Virus record (IMG/VR): IMGVR_UViG_3300044630_006441
Location: 1 to 64,000 of that record
Reading direction: 5' to 3' (one strand)
DNA from: a virus
Length of the DNA: 64,000 bases
The position numbers and the translations under genes were made by a program. A model generated the notes under the pieces. It ran no database searches and was not told the origin of the DNA. It worked only from the letters and a program-made list of their open reading frames with translations. Below are positions 20,201 through 29,167 of the stretch, in pieces (within the stretch, counting starts at the first letter, position 1; each line of letters starts with the position of its first letter).

Positions 20201-21614
20201 TAACAATCAGACCTTTGGTCGCCGCCACCGTAGTGATTTGAAGCAGACCGCCAGGGCTAGCTTCGTTGATGCCGATCAAGCCATCATGCTTGATGCGCAT
20301 CCGTTCAAAACTTGCGTCATTAGATGTGTTAGCCGTATAGAAAATTATCGGCTGATTTGCTGTAGCGCATTGAATTTGCATTCCGTTATTGGCCCAAAAG
20401 CCAATGCGTGCGCCGTACTGATTACCCGATGTCTGAAACCTAATGATTGGTGCGCTGGTTTCGTAGATATTTACTTTATCAGAAAGATTTGTAGCCGTAC
20501 CGATACCGACATTCGTCCCGTTGTCGAATATGAGACTGTTGCCAAGCGTGGAAGCCCCCGTGAACTTGGCGATGTAATTGGTCGTGCCGCTTGCGGTAGC
20601 ACCAGCACTTACAGTTGCCCACGAAAGACTTCCGCTGCCGTTGGTGGTCAGAACCTGGCCGTTGGTGCCATCGGCGGTGGGGAAAACATACGGATAATTT
20701 TCGCCTGTTGCACGCCAACGAGAAGAGGTGCCGTCATAGACCAACTGGGCATACCTACCCGGCCCAATAATTAAGTCCCCACCCGTTTCTGTTAATAAAC
20801 GATTGCCAGCCGTGCTTGAGGCGTTATCATGCTTCAGGGTAATATTAAAAGTGCCGACATTGTACAGCCAAAAAACACGCCCGTCAGTGTGAATCCAGGT
20901 AGGAGTACCACTACCACCAGCCGTTGACGCCGGAGCAATGCCGGTGATGATGGTGGCCGCTGTGGCATTCAACCTTTGAAAAGCGGAATGTCCAGAAAGG
21001 TTAAGGTCGTTGTAAGATGTGTTGACTGTCGTGGTTGACGAACGGTAGGCCCATGCACCGCCGCCGGTACTACCATCGGTCAATTGCAGGGTAGCACGGC
21101 GTCCGTTGGTGTTGTCGCCACCATAAATAAGACCGAAGTTGGCGGCACCTTTAATGTGCGACCAACCAACCCTCATGTTAAAGCCCTGACCCCAGTTCAT
21201 GCCAGAATAGTCAATTGCCCAGCTATAACTATCATTGGTTTGACCGTCAGCATTAATTTGATCGGATGAGGCAATATCTGTGGCATAAATGACTCCAGCG
21301 GTCATGTTGCCCCGTGCGTTGTTGGCGGTGGGCCTTAAAGCAATATGCGAGCCGCCTACTTGAAGAACGCCATCCTTGTTGATGATGCTGCCTTTGCCAC
21401 CATCGTGCGACAACTGGATTTCGTCAGTCCCAGCAACGCCGCTAGGCTGGCGAACGATCACTAAACCATTTCCGCCCGTCGTTACCTGAGCGCCAGGCTG
21501 GATAATGATGTGGCCACCAGCCCCGCTGGTGTTGGCATTACCGGCTTTAATCTGGACATCATCGCCCGCCCCCGAAATGGCCTTGTCCTGGGCGGCTATT
21601 ACTCTAGTTGCCAT
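17274..21614 (-). CDS. Large fibre protein (1446 aa) with probable C-terminal intramolecular chaperone domain
   Basis: ERMRI / GNVGIGT repeats; C-terminal KSFLIDHP...LRYASLEGPENGVYFRG. Confidence 0.75.
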   Translation of the reverse strand: MATRVIAAQDKAISGAGDDVQIKAGNANTSGAGGHIIIQPGAQVTTGGNGLVIVRQPSGVAGTDEIQLSHDGGKGSIINKDGVLQVGGSHIALRPTANNARGNMTAGVIYATDIASSDQINADGQTNDSYSWAIDYSGMNWGQGFNMRVGWSHIKGAANFGLIYGGDNTNGRRATLQLTDGSTGGGAWAYRSSTTTVNTSYNDLNLSGHSAFQRLNATAATIITGIAPASTAGGSGTPTWIHTDGRVFWLYNVGTFNITLKHDNASSTAGNRLLTETGGDLIIGPGRYAQLVYDGTSSRWRATGENYPYVFPTADGTNGQVLTTNGSGSLSWATVSAGATASGTTNYIAKFTGASTLGNSLIFDNGTNVGIGTATNLSDKVNIYETSAPIIRFQTSGNQYGARIGFWANNGMQIQCATANQPIIFYTANTSNDASFERMRIKHDGLIGINEASPGGLLQITTVAATKGLIVKGAASQSANLTEWQDSTGAVVASVSPTGAFFGSSYTSYGTVDSATQIFGNNYWTPNMTGGVTSPSAGTYTKSSGTTDWNAQVYSSEGYIKNVYCSAQASQTTGYIMFGLNSDPTTDAVYSSLDYAWYVQQGGVLAIWENNAQIATYGSYTTSTVLSITYDGTNVRYWKDGVLQRTVARSVGNPLYLDSSFHTLSSSLNSVQFGPIGQPFGISGTSGYLPKFTSQQTLGNSIVYDDGVDVGIGTTNPLGRLDVVGANTYEPIRAITNSASNLESGANATIGLSVNNSNTTAGNGIAVSFATATTNSTLYGVGAIGFNNLTHTTLGVPQGKFQIITRDSGGGLTQKLTIDTTGYVGIGTASPSNNLSIGAAAGKIGFQRGSGDGEYCTMGFKSTSGNDRYVFEINNTSGTGELRLNQGGTSTPIGMTFYTNNTERMRIDSSGNVGIGTTSPSFKLQVDAASVDANIVANVTSGYGGIGVYAAGTNKVVLGYAGANANYGSQTIAGDVVLKTNNTNFHINTGSGNSVTTAYFSSAGNVGIGNVSPGARLQVDTGATGTKGLLLKAAASQTANLLEVQNSAGTVLTNIDSGGNLTVATTTSAYTYYSTNTTTRWATGHDSSNGYFRIVDYVWDGTTRLMITPGGNVVLGNAGGDQTNGPKLLVTTGPDTTGGTGAARKGLIVRGSASQTANLQEWQNSSSAVLTYIDNNGRIVTSSGGGTVSTPDLYFNNGSSTSPVIKWNPIAGNPGFWFASGSSVVMKIYDNGTVEAANTIAVQDMYLRAWNIQRSTAGIISFNGSGPAISVGAGTLVTADSTLQVNVPAANKIGLVVAGASTQTGNLQEWRNNSGTALAYMDANGNFFAVSKSFLIDHPTPAKAAEGKKLRYASLEGPENGVYFRGTLTGDNEIVLPDYWKDLVDPESITVNLTPRKRPQPNLFVVDANAEKVTVESDREICCDFIVYGTRKDIAKLEVEIDGNSL

Positions 21615-21629
21615 TTGTCAAACTCCAGA

Positions 21630-23591
21630 TTAAACCATGCCGCTTGAGGGGCCACCGCTGCCGCCACCGCCACCACCGCTAGCTCCAGGGGTGCCGATGC
21701 GAACCAGCGAGACTTTGGACTGCCAGTAAATGGTCTTGTTGGCTTCGCCAGTACAGGCGATTTTCAAAGCGTTATTGCTGGTGTCTGCTGTGACTGTCGT
21801 CGCCCAGTTCGCCGCCCCCGTGTCGCGAGCATCAATATCCTGCGATGTCGATCCGACCATGGAGGTTGTGCCGCCGGAAGAACGCTTGATCACCCCAGTA
21901 AATCGGGTAGCAAAGCTATCACCTACCGTACCCGAAGTACCCCCCGTTTGAGTCCCGAGAACTTTAGCTTCGTAGTACCAGGCTTCGCCATTAGAAAGAC
22001 CCATGCGGGTGGTGGACCCATCCAGGAAAAGATCAACAGGCGTGGCCGATGTCGAGGTGTTGTAGGGGAAGACATCCGTATGCTTGTTATTGTTGCTGCC
22101 AATCCAGGTGTCAATCTGCCGAACAGGCGTACCCGAGGCTCCCAAGCCGATGTAGTTGTTCGCCGAAGGCGTGATCTGGCTGACATTGATCCCGCTCGCA
22201 AAAGTCTTGACGCCATTGACCGTCTGCGCTGTGTTCAGCGTGACATAGGTCGAGGACAGGTCGGGGATATCGGAAGCCGAAAGCGTGCCCGCCGACAGCG
22301 TGGTGCCATCGCTCTTCAGGATACCCGAGGCGAAGCTGGTCTGACCCGTACCACCGTTGGAGATGGGCAGCGTGCCGGTGACAGCCGAGGTGCTGGCTAG
22401 GTTGATGGCCCCGAAGGCGGGCGCACCACCAGCGGAGGGGACGCGCAAAACTTGGTTGGCCGTGCCTGCCGAAGTAGCCTGAATGGCCGAGGTGCCATTG
22501 CCCAACAGGACACCGTTGCTGGTGAGAGTGGTAGCACCAGTACCACCATTGCTAACACCAAGTGTACCAGAGATATCTCCTGCTGGCACAGTCGAAGAAG
22601 CCGTCAGGGCGCTGGCCCCGTTGGCTTTCACATAGCCGGTCAGCGTGGAAAAGATCGGCGACGAGGAAAAGGTCTTCGTGCCCGAAATCGTCTGGCTACC
22701 CGCCAGGGTCACATAGGTGGCCGACAGATCGGGAATATCGCCGGAGGAAAGGGTGGCGTAGCTGAGGGTTGAGCCGTTCCCCTTCAGGAAGCCGGTGCCG
22801 ACCGTCGTGAGGCCCGTGCCACCGTTGGCCGTGGTGACCGGGGTAATCAGGGCGATGGTGTTGCCCGATTTGGTCAGGCCCGTCCCGGCGGTGATCTGGC
22901 CTGCGCCGGAGAACTGGGACCAAGTCAGGGCGGTGGTGCCAAGAACATATGTGCCAGCAGGCTGCTGCAATACCCAGCCCGTGGTGGCGTAGGTGTTGCC
23001 TTCCTCAACGAACACAAACGCCCCGCCGTTCAGCTTGGTGACGCTGTCGGCGTCGGTGGCTCTCGTCATGGCCGAGGCGGCACCGTTCCACACATAGATG
23101 CCGTTCTGGCTGGCGGTGGACTGATCCTTGACCAGCACCCGGTCGCCCGAGACCATGGTCACACCGTCAATGGTGCTGCCAGGCGAGGACAGGTTCAGGT
23201 TGGTCGTGGTGGCGACATGGACAGAGTTCTTCGGGTCCAGTCCCTGGCTGACGCTGTCGACATAGTCCTTGTTGGCTGCGTCGGTGGCGTTGGTGGGAGT
23301 CGCAAGATTGATGATCTTCTGGCTGTTGAGATTGACCGAGGCGGTGGGAACCGCCATCTGATCCAGCCTGCTCGTCCTGACCTGCGTGTCAAAATCGCTG
23401 ATCTTGGACGCAGTCAAAGTGGGGATGTCGGAAGCCTGGAGCGACACAAAGCTCAGGACACCCAGACCGTTGGTGATGATCAGCTGGCGATTGCTGCCGT
23501 CCGAAGCTGGCAGCGTGAAAGTCGTCGACCCAGAAGAGGGAGCCTTGAGTGTGACTGACCCGGCTGGACTCTTGTCAAAATTAATTGGCAC
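21630..23591 (-). CDS. Fibre protein
   Basis: NGGTG repeats; DAANKDYVD; IDGVTMVSGDRVLVKDQ...NGIY. Confidence 0.75.
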   Translation of the reverse strand: MPINFDKSPAGSVTLKAPSSGSTTFTLPASDGSNRQLIITNGLGVLSFVSLQASDIPTLTASKISDFDTQVRTSRLDQMAVPTASVNLNSQKIINLATPTNATDAANKDYVDSVSQGLDPKNSVHVATTTNLNLSSPGSTIDGVTMVSGDRVLVKDQSTASQNGIYVWNGAASAMTRATDADSVTKLNGGAFVFVEEGNTYATTGWVLQQPAGTYVLGTTALTWSQFSGAGQITAGTGLTKSGNTIALITPVTTANGGTGLTTVGTGFLKGNGSTLSYATLSSGDIPDLSATYVTLAGSQTISGTKTFSSSPIFSTLTGYVKANGASALTASSTVPAGDISGTLGVSNGGTGATTLTSNGVLLGNGTSAIQATSAGTANQVLRVPSAGGAPAFGAINLASTSAVTGTLPISNGGTGQTSFASGILKSDGTTLSAGTLSASDIPDLSSTYVTLNTAQTVNGVKTFASGINVSQITPSANNYIGLGASGTPVRQIDTWIGSNNNKHTDVFPYNTSTSATPVDLFLDGSTTRMGLSNGEAWYYEAKVLGTQTGGTSGTVGDSFATRFTGVIKRSSGGTTSMVGSTSQDIDARDTGAANWATTVTADTSNNALKIACTGEANKTIYWQSKVSLVRIGTPGASGGGGGGSGGPSSGMV

Positions 23592-25131
23592 GGCGCACCT
23601 CGACTGTCTTGACGGCTGCCACCCAACGAATGGACTTGGATGACTCGCCGGTTACCTGAATGCTGATCGCCCCATTGGTTGCGTCCGTGACGACGGAAAC
23701 ATCCCAAGGAACCTCGGACTTGGATATGCTGGTCTTGCTGACGCCGCCGATGAGGATGTCCACCGTAGCCGCCCCGGTATTCCGGAAGGCCACGCCCTCA
23801 AAGCGAAACGCGGCCCTCTCCCCGATAGCATCTTCGCGCTGTGCGCTAACAAGAATATCAAAGAGATAGGTTGCGTTATCAGGTAATACAACCTGATTGC
23901 TGCCAGTCACCGCCTGCCCGTCCGTAGTCAACTTTTCCAGGGCGGCTGATTGGGTCAGCTTGTGGACGACATAGAGGCCGCACCGCGTGTTGGTTGATCC
24001 GGTCAGGAGAGGGCCTTGCACTCGCAGGTCCGATCCATTGGTAAATACACCTGTGGCTCCCGCAAGGAAGCCCGCGGAGGCATATTGGACGGCCCCGTCT
24101 GCTCCCTGCGCCCCGGAAGAACCCGCACTGCCGCCCGAAACGACCCAGCGGGATGCCGTTGAGTCATAAGTCAAGTCCAGGCTTGTACTTGCGGGGACTA
24201 TCGTGGCGGATGTGTTCAGCTTCAGGCGATTTTCGGTGACGCTGCCGGTATCGTTGTTGACCAGCACGAGATTGGCGGTGCCGACATTGAACAGGCTGAC
24301 CTTCCTGCCGTCGGCGTGGGAGCCGCTGGTGGGGGCGGCGATGCCGGTCAGAGTCGTGGCCGAGGTGACATTCAGCCGGACGAACGAAGCGGCTTCAATC
24401 GCAAGATTGTTGGCGTTCCCGCCTGCCAGAGTGAGCGTGGTGGACGGCGACGAGAAAGAGCCACCCCCTGTCGAGCCATTGGTGACCTTCAGGATGCCCT
24501 TGACCGCCCGCTCAATGCCGACATCGGGGGCACCGGAGCCGGAGGTCGCCAGCGTGGAAACCTTGCGGGGCCAGAGCAGCTTCGGGTTGACGACATCGAA
24601 CGAGGAGAAATCTTCCTGGAAGACCCCCTGTGAGCCGTTGACGAACAGGCCGTTGGAGATGAGGGGGCCGACAATGACGGTGGCGGGGCCGGACGAGAGA
24701 CTCTGGCCGATGTGGACCGAGCAGAGGGTGGAGGTGCCGCTCTGGAGGAGGATCGATTTGCCCGAACCTGTCTGGCCAGACACCAGCAGAACCTTGTCGG
24801 TGTCGAAGGCGAAGTAGAAGTCGGCATTGGTGGGGGAGGTGCCACCGGAGGCGACGAAGTAAACCCGCCCGTAGTAGTCGGACGGGGCGTTGCCGGGTCC
24901 ACCGGCCTTCTTGCCGGGAACCAGCAGGATGTGTCCGCCCGATCCCGTGACCGTCCTTTCGGGGCCGATGATGGGCAGGGAATTGCCGCCCGTGTCCACC
25001 GACTGGTCGAGGCCGTTGCGGATCAACTGGTAGAGTCTGGAGCGGGTCGCTGGTCCGCTGGTGATCGTCGAGACCACCCAGTCGTTGTTGACTGGTGTGC
25101 GGTCGCCCAGCTGGTCGATTCTTTTAGCCAT
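23581..25131 (-). CDS. Fibre-associated structural protein
   Basis: Start MAKRIDQL; shares the HxDGR...NVG module with the large fibres and its C-terminal domain with its neighbours. Confidence 0.65.
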   Translation of the reverse strand: MAKRIDQLGDRTPVNNDWVVSTITSGPATRSRLYQLIRNGLDQSVDTGGNSLPIIGPERTVTGSGGHILLVPGKKAGGPGNAPSDYYGRVYFVASGGTSPTNADFYFAFDTDKVLLVSGQTGSGKSILLQSGTSTLCSVHIGQSLSSGPATVIVGPLISNGLFVNGSQGVFQEDFSSFDVVNPKLLWPRKVSTLATSGSGAPDVGIERAVKGILKVTNGSTGGGSFSSPSTTLTLAGGNANNLAIEAASFVRLNVTSATTLTGIAAPTSGSHADGRKVSLFNVGTANLVLVNNDTGSVTENRLKLNTSATIVPASTSLDLTYDSTASRWVVSGGSAGSSGAQGADGAVQYASAGFLAGATGVFTNGSDLRVQGPLLTGSTNTRCGLYVVHKLTQSAALEKLTTDGQAVTGSNQVVLPDNATYLFDILVSAQREDAIGERAAFRFEGVAFRNTGAATVDILIGGVSKTSISKSEVPWDVSVVTDATNGAISIQVTGESSKSIRWVAAVKTVEVRRAN

Positions 25132-25778
25132 TAGGCCGTGACCTCCGTGATTTTGGCGGTAGCGACCCACCGGATGGTCTTGGCAGCCTGGCCCGTGACG
25201 GTGACAGCCAGTCGTCCGTTCGTGGAGTCGGCGGTCACATTGCAATCCCAGGCATCGGTCGTCTTCGCCACCGTGGTCTTGCCGACGGTCCCGACAATGG
25301 CGGTCGTGCCTGCGGTGGCATCGCGGGAAACACAGCCCGAAAAATGCCACGCCCCATGCTCGCCGGTCGTGTCCGTCCTGCGGGCCACCACCTGGATGTC
25401 GAAATGGAAGGTGGCGTTGTTGGGGAGGACGAAGGTGTTGGAGTTGGAGGCGGTCGTGCCATCCAGCGACAACTCGGCGGGTGTGGCCGTCGTGGTGGAG
25501 GAACGCAGGATGCCAACTCGATACTGGGCGTCTCCCGTCGCCGCAAAATTGCCGTTCGCATAGGCATTGCAGGTGACGGAGCGGGCTGTCGCCCCGGTGC
25601 CGACGACCAGAAGGCCGTACTGGTTGAACGGAACGAGTCTGAGGACGGTGCCCGATTCATTCTTCGTGAACAGGACGCCGTCTGCTGTGTTGATCGCCAA
25701 CTCGCCGGTCGACAGAGAACCCGCAGCGGGGGACACCCCCGCCGAGGTGTTTCTCTTCAGCCGGATCAGGTTGGGCAT
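25131..25778 (-). CDS. Short fibre-like protein
   Basis: N-terminal IRLKR...GELAINTADG motif typical of phage fibre N-termini. Confidence 0.65.
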   Translation of the reverse strand: MPNLIRLKRNTSAGVSPAAGSLSTGELAINTADGVLFTKNESGTVLRLVPFNQYGLLVVGTGATARSVTCNAYANGNFAATGDAQYRVGILRSSTTTATPAELSLDGTTASNSNTFVLPNNATFHFDIQVVARRTDTTGEHGAWHFSGCVSRDATAGTTAIVGTVGKTTVAKTTDAWDCNVTADSTNGRLAVTVTGQAAKTIRWVATAKITEVTA

Positions 25779-27271
25779 TAGAACGAGCCGCCGTCAAGGG
25801 TGCTGTTAGGGTCGAGATAGTCTGTGCCAGCGACAGCCGCCGAAATGGCGGATGTGCCGTTCCCCTTGAGAATACCCGTCAGGGTGGTGGCTCCCGTACC
25901 GCCGTTGGCCACGGCGACCGTGCCGGTCACATTGGCTGCGTTGCCGCTGATGTTGCCGGAGATATCCGAGCCGGGGATGGTGGAGACACCCGTGAAGGCC
26001 GATGTGCCATTGCCCTTGAGGTAGCCGGTCAGGGTCGTCGCGCCCGTGCCACCGTAGGACACGGAAATGGTCGTGCCGTTCCAGGTGCCCGTGGCGACGG
26101 TGCCCAGCGTGGTGATCGTGTTCTGGCCAGCGTAGGTGCTGGCGATATCGATGGAGTCGGCGTTGACGGTGATGCGGTTGGCGGTCCCGACGACATCGAC
26201 GGTGTTGCCGGTCTTCGTCAAGCCTGCGCCCGCCGTGATCTGGCCGGTGCCGCTGAACTGCACGAAGGTCAGGCTGCTGGTGCCGAGGACATACGACCCG
26301 GTCGGCTTCTGCAAGACATAGCCGTTGTTGGCGTCCGAGCCTTCCTCGACGAACACGAACGCGCCAGCGGTCAGGTTGCTGGTTGAGTTGGCGTCGGTGG
26401 CCCGGGTCATGGCGGCTGCCGACCCGTTGAAGACATAGATGCCGTTCTGGGCGGGGGCGGTCTGGGTTTTCACCAGCACACGGTCGCCGGACACCATCGT
26501 GATGCCGTCGATGGTCGAACCGGGCGACGACAGGTTGAGGTTGGTCTGCGTGGCGACCCGGACGGAACCCTTGGGGTCCAGCCCCTGGGCGGTCGAGTCG
26601 ACATAGTTCTTGGTGGCGGCGTCCTGGGCGTTGGTGGGGTCGGCCAGGCTGGTGATCTTCTGGCTGTTCAGACTGAGCGCCGAAGAGGGCGCAGACATCT
26701 GATCCAGGCGGGAGGTGCGGACCTGGGTGTCGAAGTCGGAGATCTTGGAGGCCGTCAGCGTGGGGATGTCGGAGGCGGCGAGCGTGGTGGCCGAGGTGAT
26801 CAGGCCCTTGCTGTTGACGGTGACCTTCGTGTAGGTGCCAGCCGTCACGCCGGAGTTGGCCAGCGTCAGGGTGATGGAAGTCGTGCCCGAGCCGGTCGCA
26901 TCGCCGAAGACATTGATCGTCTGGTTGTCGGTGATGTAGCCCTGGTTGCGAACCCAGGCGGTCGTGGCGACCTTCGTGCTGTTGTCGTTGGCGGTGACCG
27001 TCAGGGCGGTGGTGGTACCCTGGAAGTCCAGCGTCCCGGTGAAGTTGATGGCCCGCCCGAGGTTGACCGTCCCGGCCCCGGACAACGCCAGGAAGGCCCC
27101 TTCGCCCGCAATGGCGATGACGGAACCGGAAGTGCCGCCCGCCCCGCCTGTCCCGTAGCCGTAGTAGAGTGTCTTGTCGACTTCGTTGAAGGCCAACTCG
27201 GCGTTGTACAGGGATGACGGGGCACCGGTCGCCCCCGAAGTCCTACGCTTGATCCTGATCGTGTTCGCCAT
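25778..27271 (-). CDS. Fibre protein, paralogue of 21630-23591
   Basis: IRIKR...AELAFN N-terminus; identical SDIPTLTASKISDFDTQVRTSRLDQM segment; C-terminal LDGGSF. Confidence 0.75.
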   Translation of the reverse strand: MANTIRIKRRTSGATGAPSSLYNAELAFNEVDKTLYYGYGTGGAGGTSGSVIAIAGEGAFLALSGAGTVNLGRAINFTGTLDFQGTTTALTVTANDNSTKVATTAWVRNQGYITDNQTINVFGDATGSGTTSITLTLANSGVTAGTYTKVTVNSKGLITSATTLAASDIPTLTASKISDFDTQVRTSRLDQMSAPSSALSLNSQKITSLADPTNAQDAATKNYVDSTAQGLDPKGSVRVATQTNLNLSSPGSTIDGITMVSGDRVLVKTQTAPAQNGIYVFNGSAAAMTRATDANSTSNLTAGAFVFVEEGSDANNGYVLQKPTGSYVLGTSSLTFVQFSGTGQITAGAGLTKTGNTVDVVGTANRITVNADSIDIASTYAGQNTITTLGTVATGTWNGTTISVSYGGTGATTLTGYLKGNGTSAFTGVSTIPGSDISGNISGNAANVTGTVAVANGGTGATTLTGILKGNGTSAISAAVAGTDYLDPNSTLDGGSF

Positions 27272-27537
27272 TACCAGTTGCCTCCGTCAAGAATGTGTTC
27301 GTTCGTCCACTTCTGGTCGCCAGAGCGGTACATGAGGACGTCATTGCCAGACGGGGCCACCACCTGAACGTCCGTTAAGCCAGAAAGGGTCCTGCCAACC
27401 GGGGGGATGAGCGGCAGGAGATCGGCAGGGGTAAACTTGCCGGAGGAGGCGTCAAAGTAAACGACTTGTCCGGACTGCGGGACGCCAGTAAAGTCGTCCT
27501 GGTCCTGGATTCGGGTGACGATCCGGTAGGCGTTCAT
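27271..27537 (-). CDS. Small fibre-like structural protein
   Basis: LSGLTDV...NDVLMY...KWTN...LDGGNW; GGAGG RBS. Confidence 0.6.
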   Translation of the reverse strand: MNAYRIVTRIQDQDDFTGVPQSGQVVYFDASSGKFTPADLLPLIPPVGRTLSGLTDVQVVAPSGNDVLMYRSGDQKWTNEHILDGGNW

Positions 27538-27575
27538 CTGTATCCTCCACCGGAATTTACACCTTATAAAGCACA

Positions 27576-27597
27576 AGGGCAGCCTTGCGGCTGCCCT
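27576..27597 (-). terminator. Terminator-like hairpin after major capsid gene
   Basis: AGGGCAGCC-GCAA-GGCTGCCCT. Confidence 0.6.
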
Positions 27598-27625
27598 CGC
27601 GTGAGTTGCTTTGTCGGGCTTCCTA

Positions 27626-28645
27626 TTACAGGGCGCCCAGCAGAACCCGGCGGTTGTCGAGGATCGAGAAACCGTACTCACCGAAGCCATAGAAGCCAGC
27701 GCGACGCTGACGATGGAAGGTGGGGTCCTCGAACACTTCGATTTCCTGGCGCCACGGCATCACGAAGGAGTCGTCCTTGGTGAGGTCGAGGCCGACGACC
27801 AGCTCGAGCTTCTCGTCGTTGCCGGTGCCGAAGTCCAGGGTGCCGCCGAGGGTGTCGATGAAGTAGGACTGGTAGTCCTGACCCACGCCCAGCTCGTCGA
27901 TGTCGTGCAGGTTCACGCCGAAGATCTTGGTGAGACCGTACTCACCGTTGCCTTCGCCGGACAGCATGATCTCGCGACGGGTGAAGTCGTCGACCTGGCT
28001 CAGGTCCCAGGAGCGCATGTCTTCCAGGGCCTCGGGGCTGAGGTACAGGTCGGACAGCTGACCACGGTTCACCGAGGTGCTGTTACCGCCAGCGTTGCGG
28101 CGCATGATGGTCTTCATCAGGGCCACGAGACGCTTGGTGAACAGGCCGGGGGTCGCGGCGCTGTCGTACACCGTCAGGCTGCGGCTGTTGCCAGCCGACA
28201 GGATGGTGCGCCAGCCGTCGTCGTTCATCTTGCGGACGAAGGAAGCCTCGAGGACCTGCATGCAGCGGCCCACGATGTCCCAACGGGCGTCACGAGCGTA
28301 CTTCAGGGCGAAGTCGATCGAGTCGGCCACTTCGTAGGTCGGAACCATCACGAAGTCACCGCTGACGTGCTTCTCGGGGATGCGACCCTGAGCAGGCACG
28401 GTGTAGGCCACGAAGTCCTTCTCGGTTCCTGGAGCCAGGAAGTCGAGGGGGAACTCAACAGCGGTACCGGGCGCGAAGTAAATCGGCTGGTAGATGCCGC
28501 TGACGATGTCACCCTTCAGGATGCCCTGACGGAGGGGCATGGTGAGGGCCTTGGCCAGTTCAGCCTGGGCTGCGCTGGCAGTCTCGAAACCGTGGTCGCC
28601 AGCACGCCGAAGCAGGGCAACCATCTCATCACTGGGCTTCTTCAT
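27626..28645 (-). CDS. Major capsid protein
   Basis: 339 aa, very strong codon bias, follows scaffold and decoration genes, followed by a terminator. Confidence 0.8.
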   Translation of the reverse strand: MKKPSDEMVALLRRAGDHGFETASAAQAELAKALTMPLRQGILKGDIVSGIYQPIYFAPGTAVEFPLDFLAPGTEKDFVAYTVPAQGRIPEKHVSGDFVMVPTYEVADSIDFALKYARDARWDIVGRCMQVLEASFVRKMNDDGWRTILSAGNSRSLTVYDSAATPGLFTKRLVALMKTIMRRNAGGNSTSVNRGQLSDLYLSPEALEDMRSWDLSQVDDFTRREIMLSGEGNGEYGLTKIFGVNLHDIDELGVGQDYQSYFIDTLGGTLDFGTGNDEKLELVVGLDLTKDDSFVMPWRQEIEVFEDPTFHRQRRAGFYGFGEYGFSILDNRRVLLGAL

Positions 28646-28674
28646 CTTACTGATCTCCTTGAGAGGTTACCGGA

Positions 28675-29139
28675 TTAGACAGCGGGAAGGTCGATGTAGA
28701 CCTTCACGAAGCCTTCGGCGTCCACCTTGTTGGCGAACTGGCCGACTTTGGGGTTGGTGCTGGCCACGGTGGTCAGCTTGCCGCTTGCGCCGAGGTAGGC
28801 GGTCACACCAGCGTCGATCGAGGCGGCCTGGCCGGACACGATCATGTCGGTGACGACCCAGCCCTTCTTCAGCAGGGGAGCCTTCTCGCCGATGACTTGC
28901 TCATCGCGCTGGAAGTTCCTCTTCTGACGGGTCTGGTCGATGTTGACAAAGGCTGCGAGGCTGACGCCTGCGGGGACCTTGCCAGAGGGGTTAGCAGCCA
29001 GGGTGGCCACACCGGGGGTATACAGCGCGGTGCCGCTACCAGCGGTGCTGTAGACCAGAACTGCTCCCTTCTCGTGGACATCATTGCACACGAGGGAGAT
29101 GTCGGTCTCCAGAATGTGACGATCAGGTTTAAGTGCCAT
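28675..29139 (-). CDS. Putative capsid decoration/cement protein
   Basis: About 154 aa between scaffold and capsid; AYLGASGKLT motif. Confidence 0.6.
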   Translation of the reverse strand: MALKPDRHILETDISLVCNDVHEKGAVLVYSTAGSGTALYTPGVATLAANPSGKVPAGVSLAAFVNIDQTRQKRNFQRDEQVIGEKAPLLKKGWVVTDMIVSGQAASIDAGVTAYLGASGKLTTVASTNPKVGQFANKVDAEGFVKVYIDLPAV

Positions 29140-29167
29140 CTCTCTCGTCTCCTTGTGGGTGAGAAAA

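Noticed and set aside
9054-27537. Diversity-generating retroelement or invertase shufflon acting on fibres
   Set aside because: No reverse transcriptase or invertase was seen, I noticed no adenine-specific template/variable repeat pair, and all genes are co-oriented.
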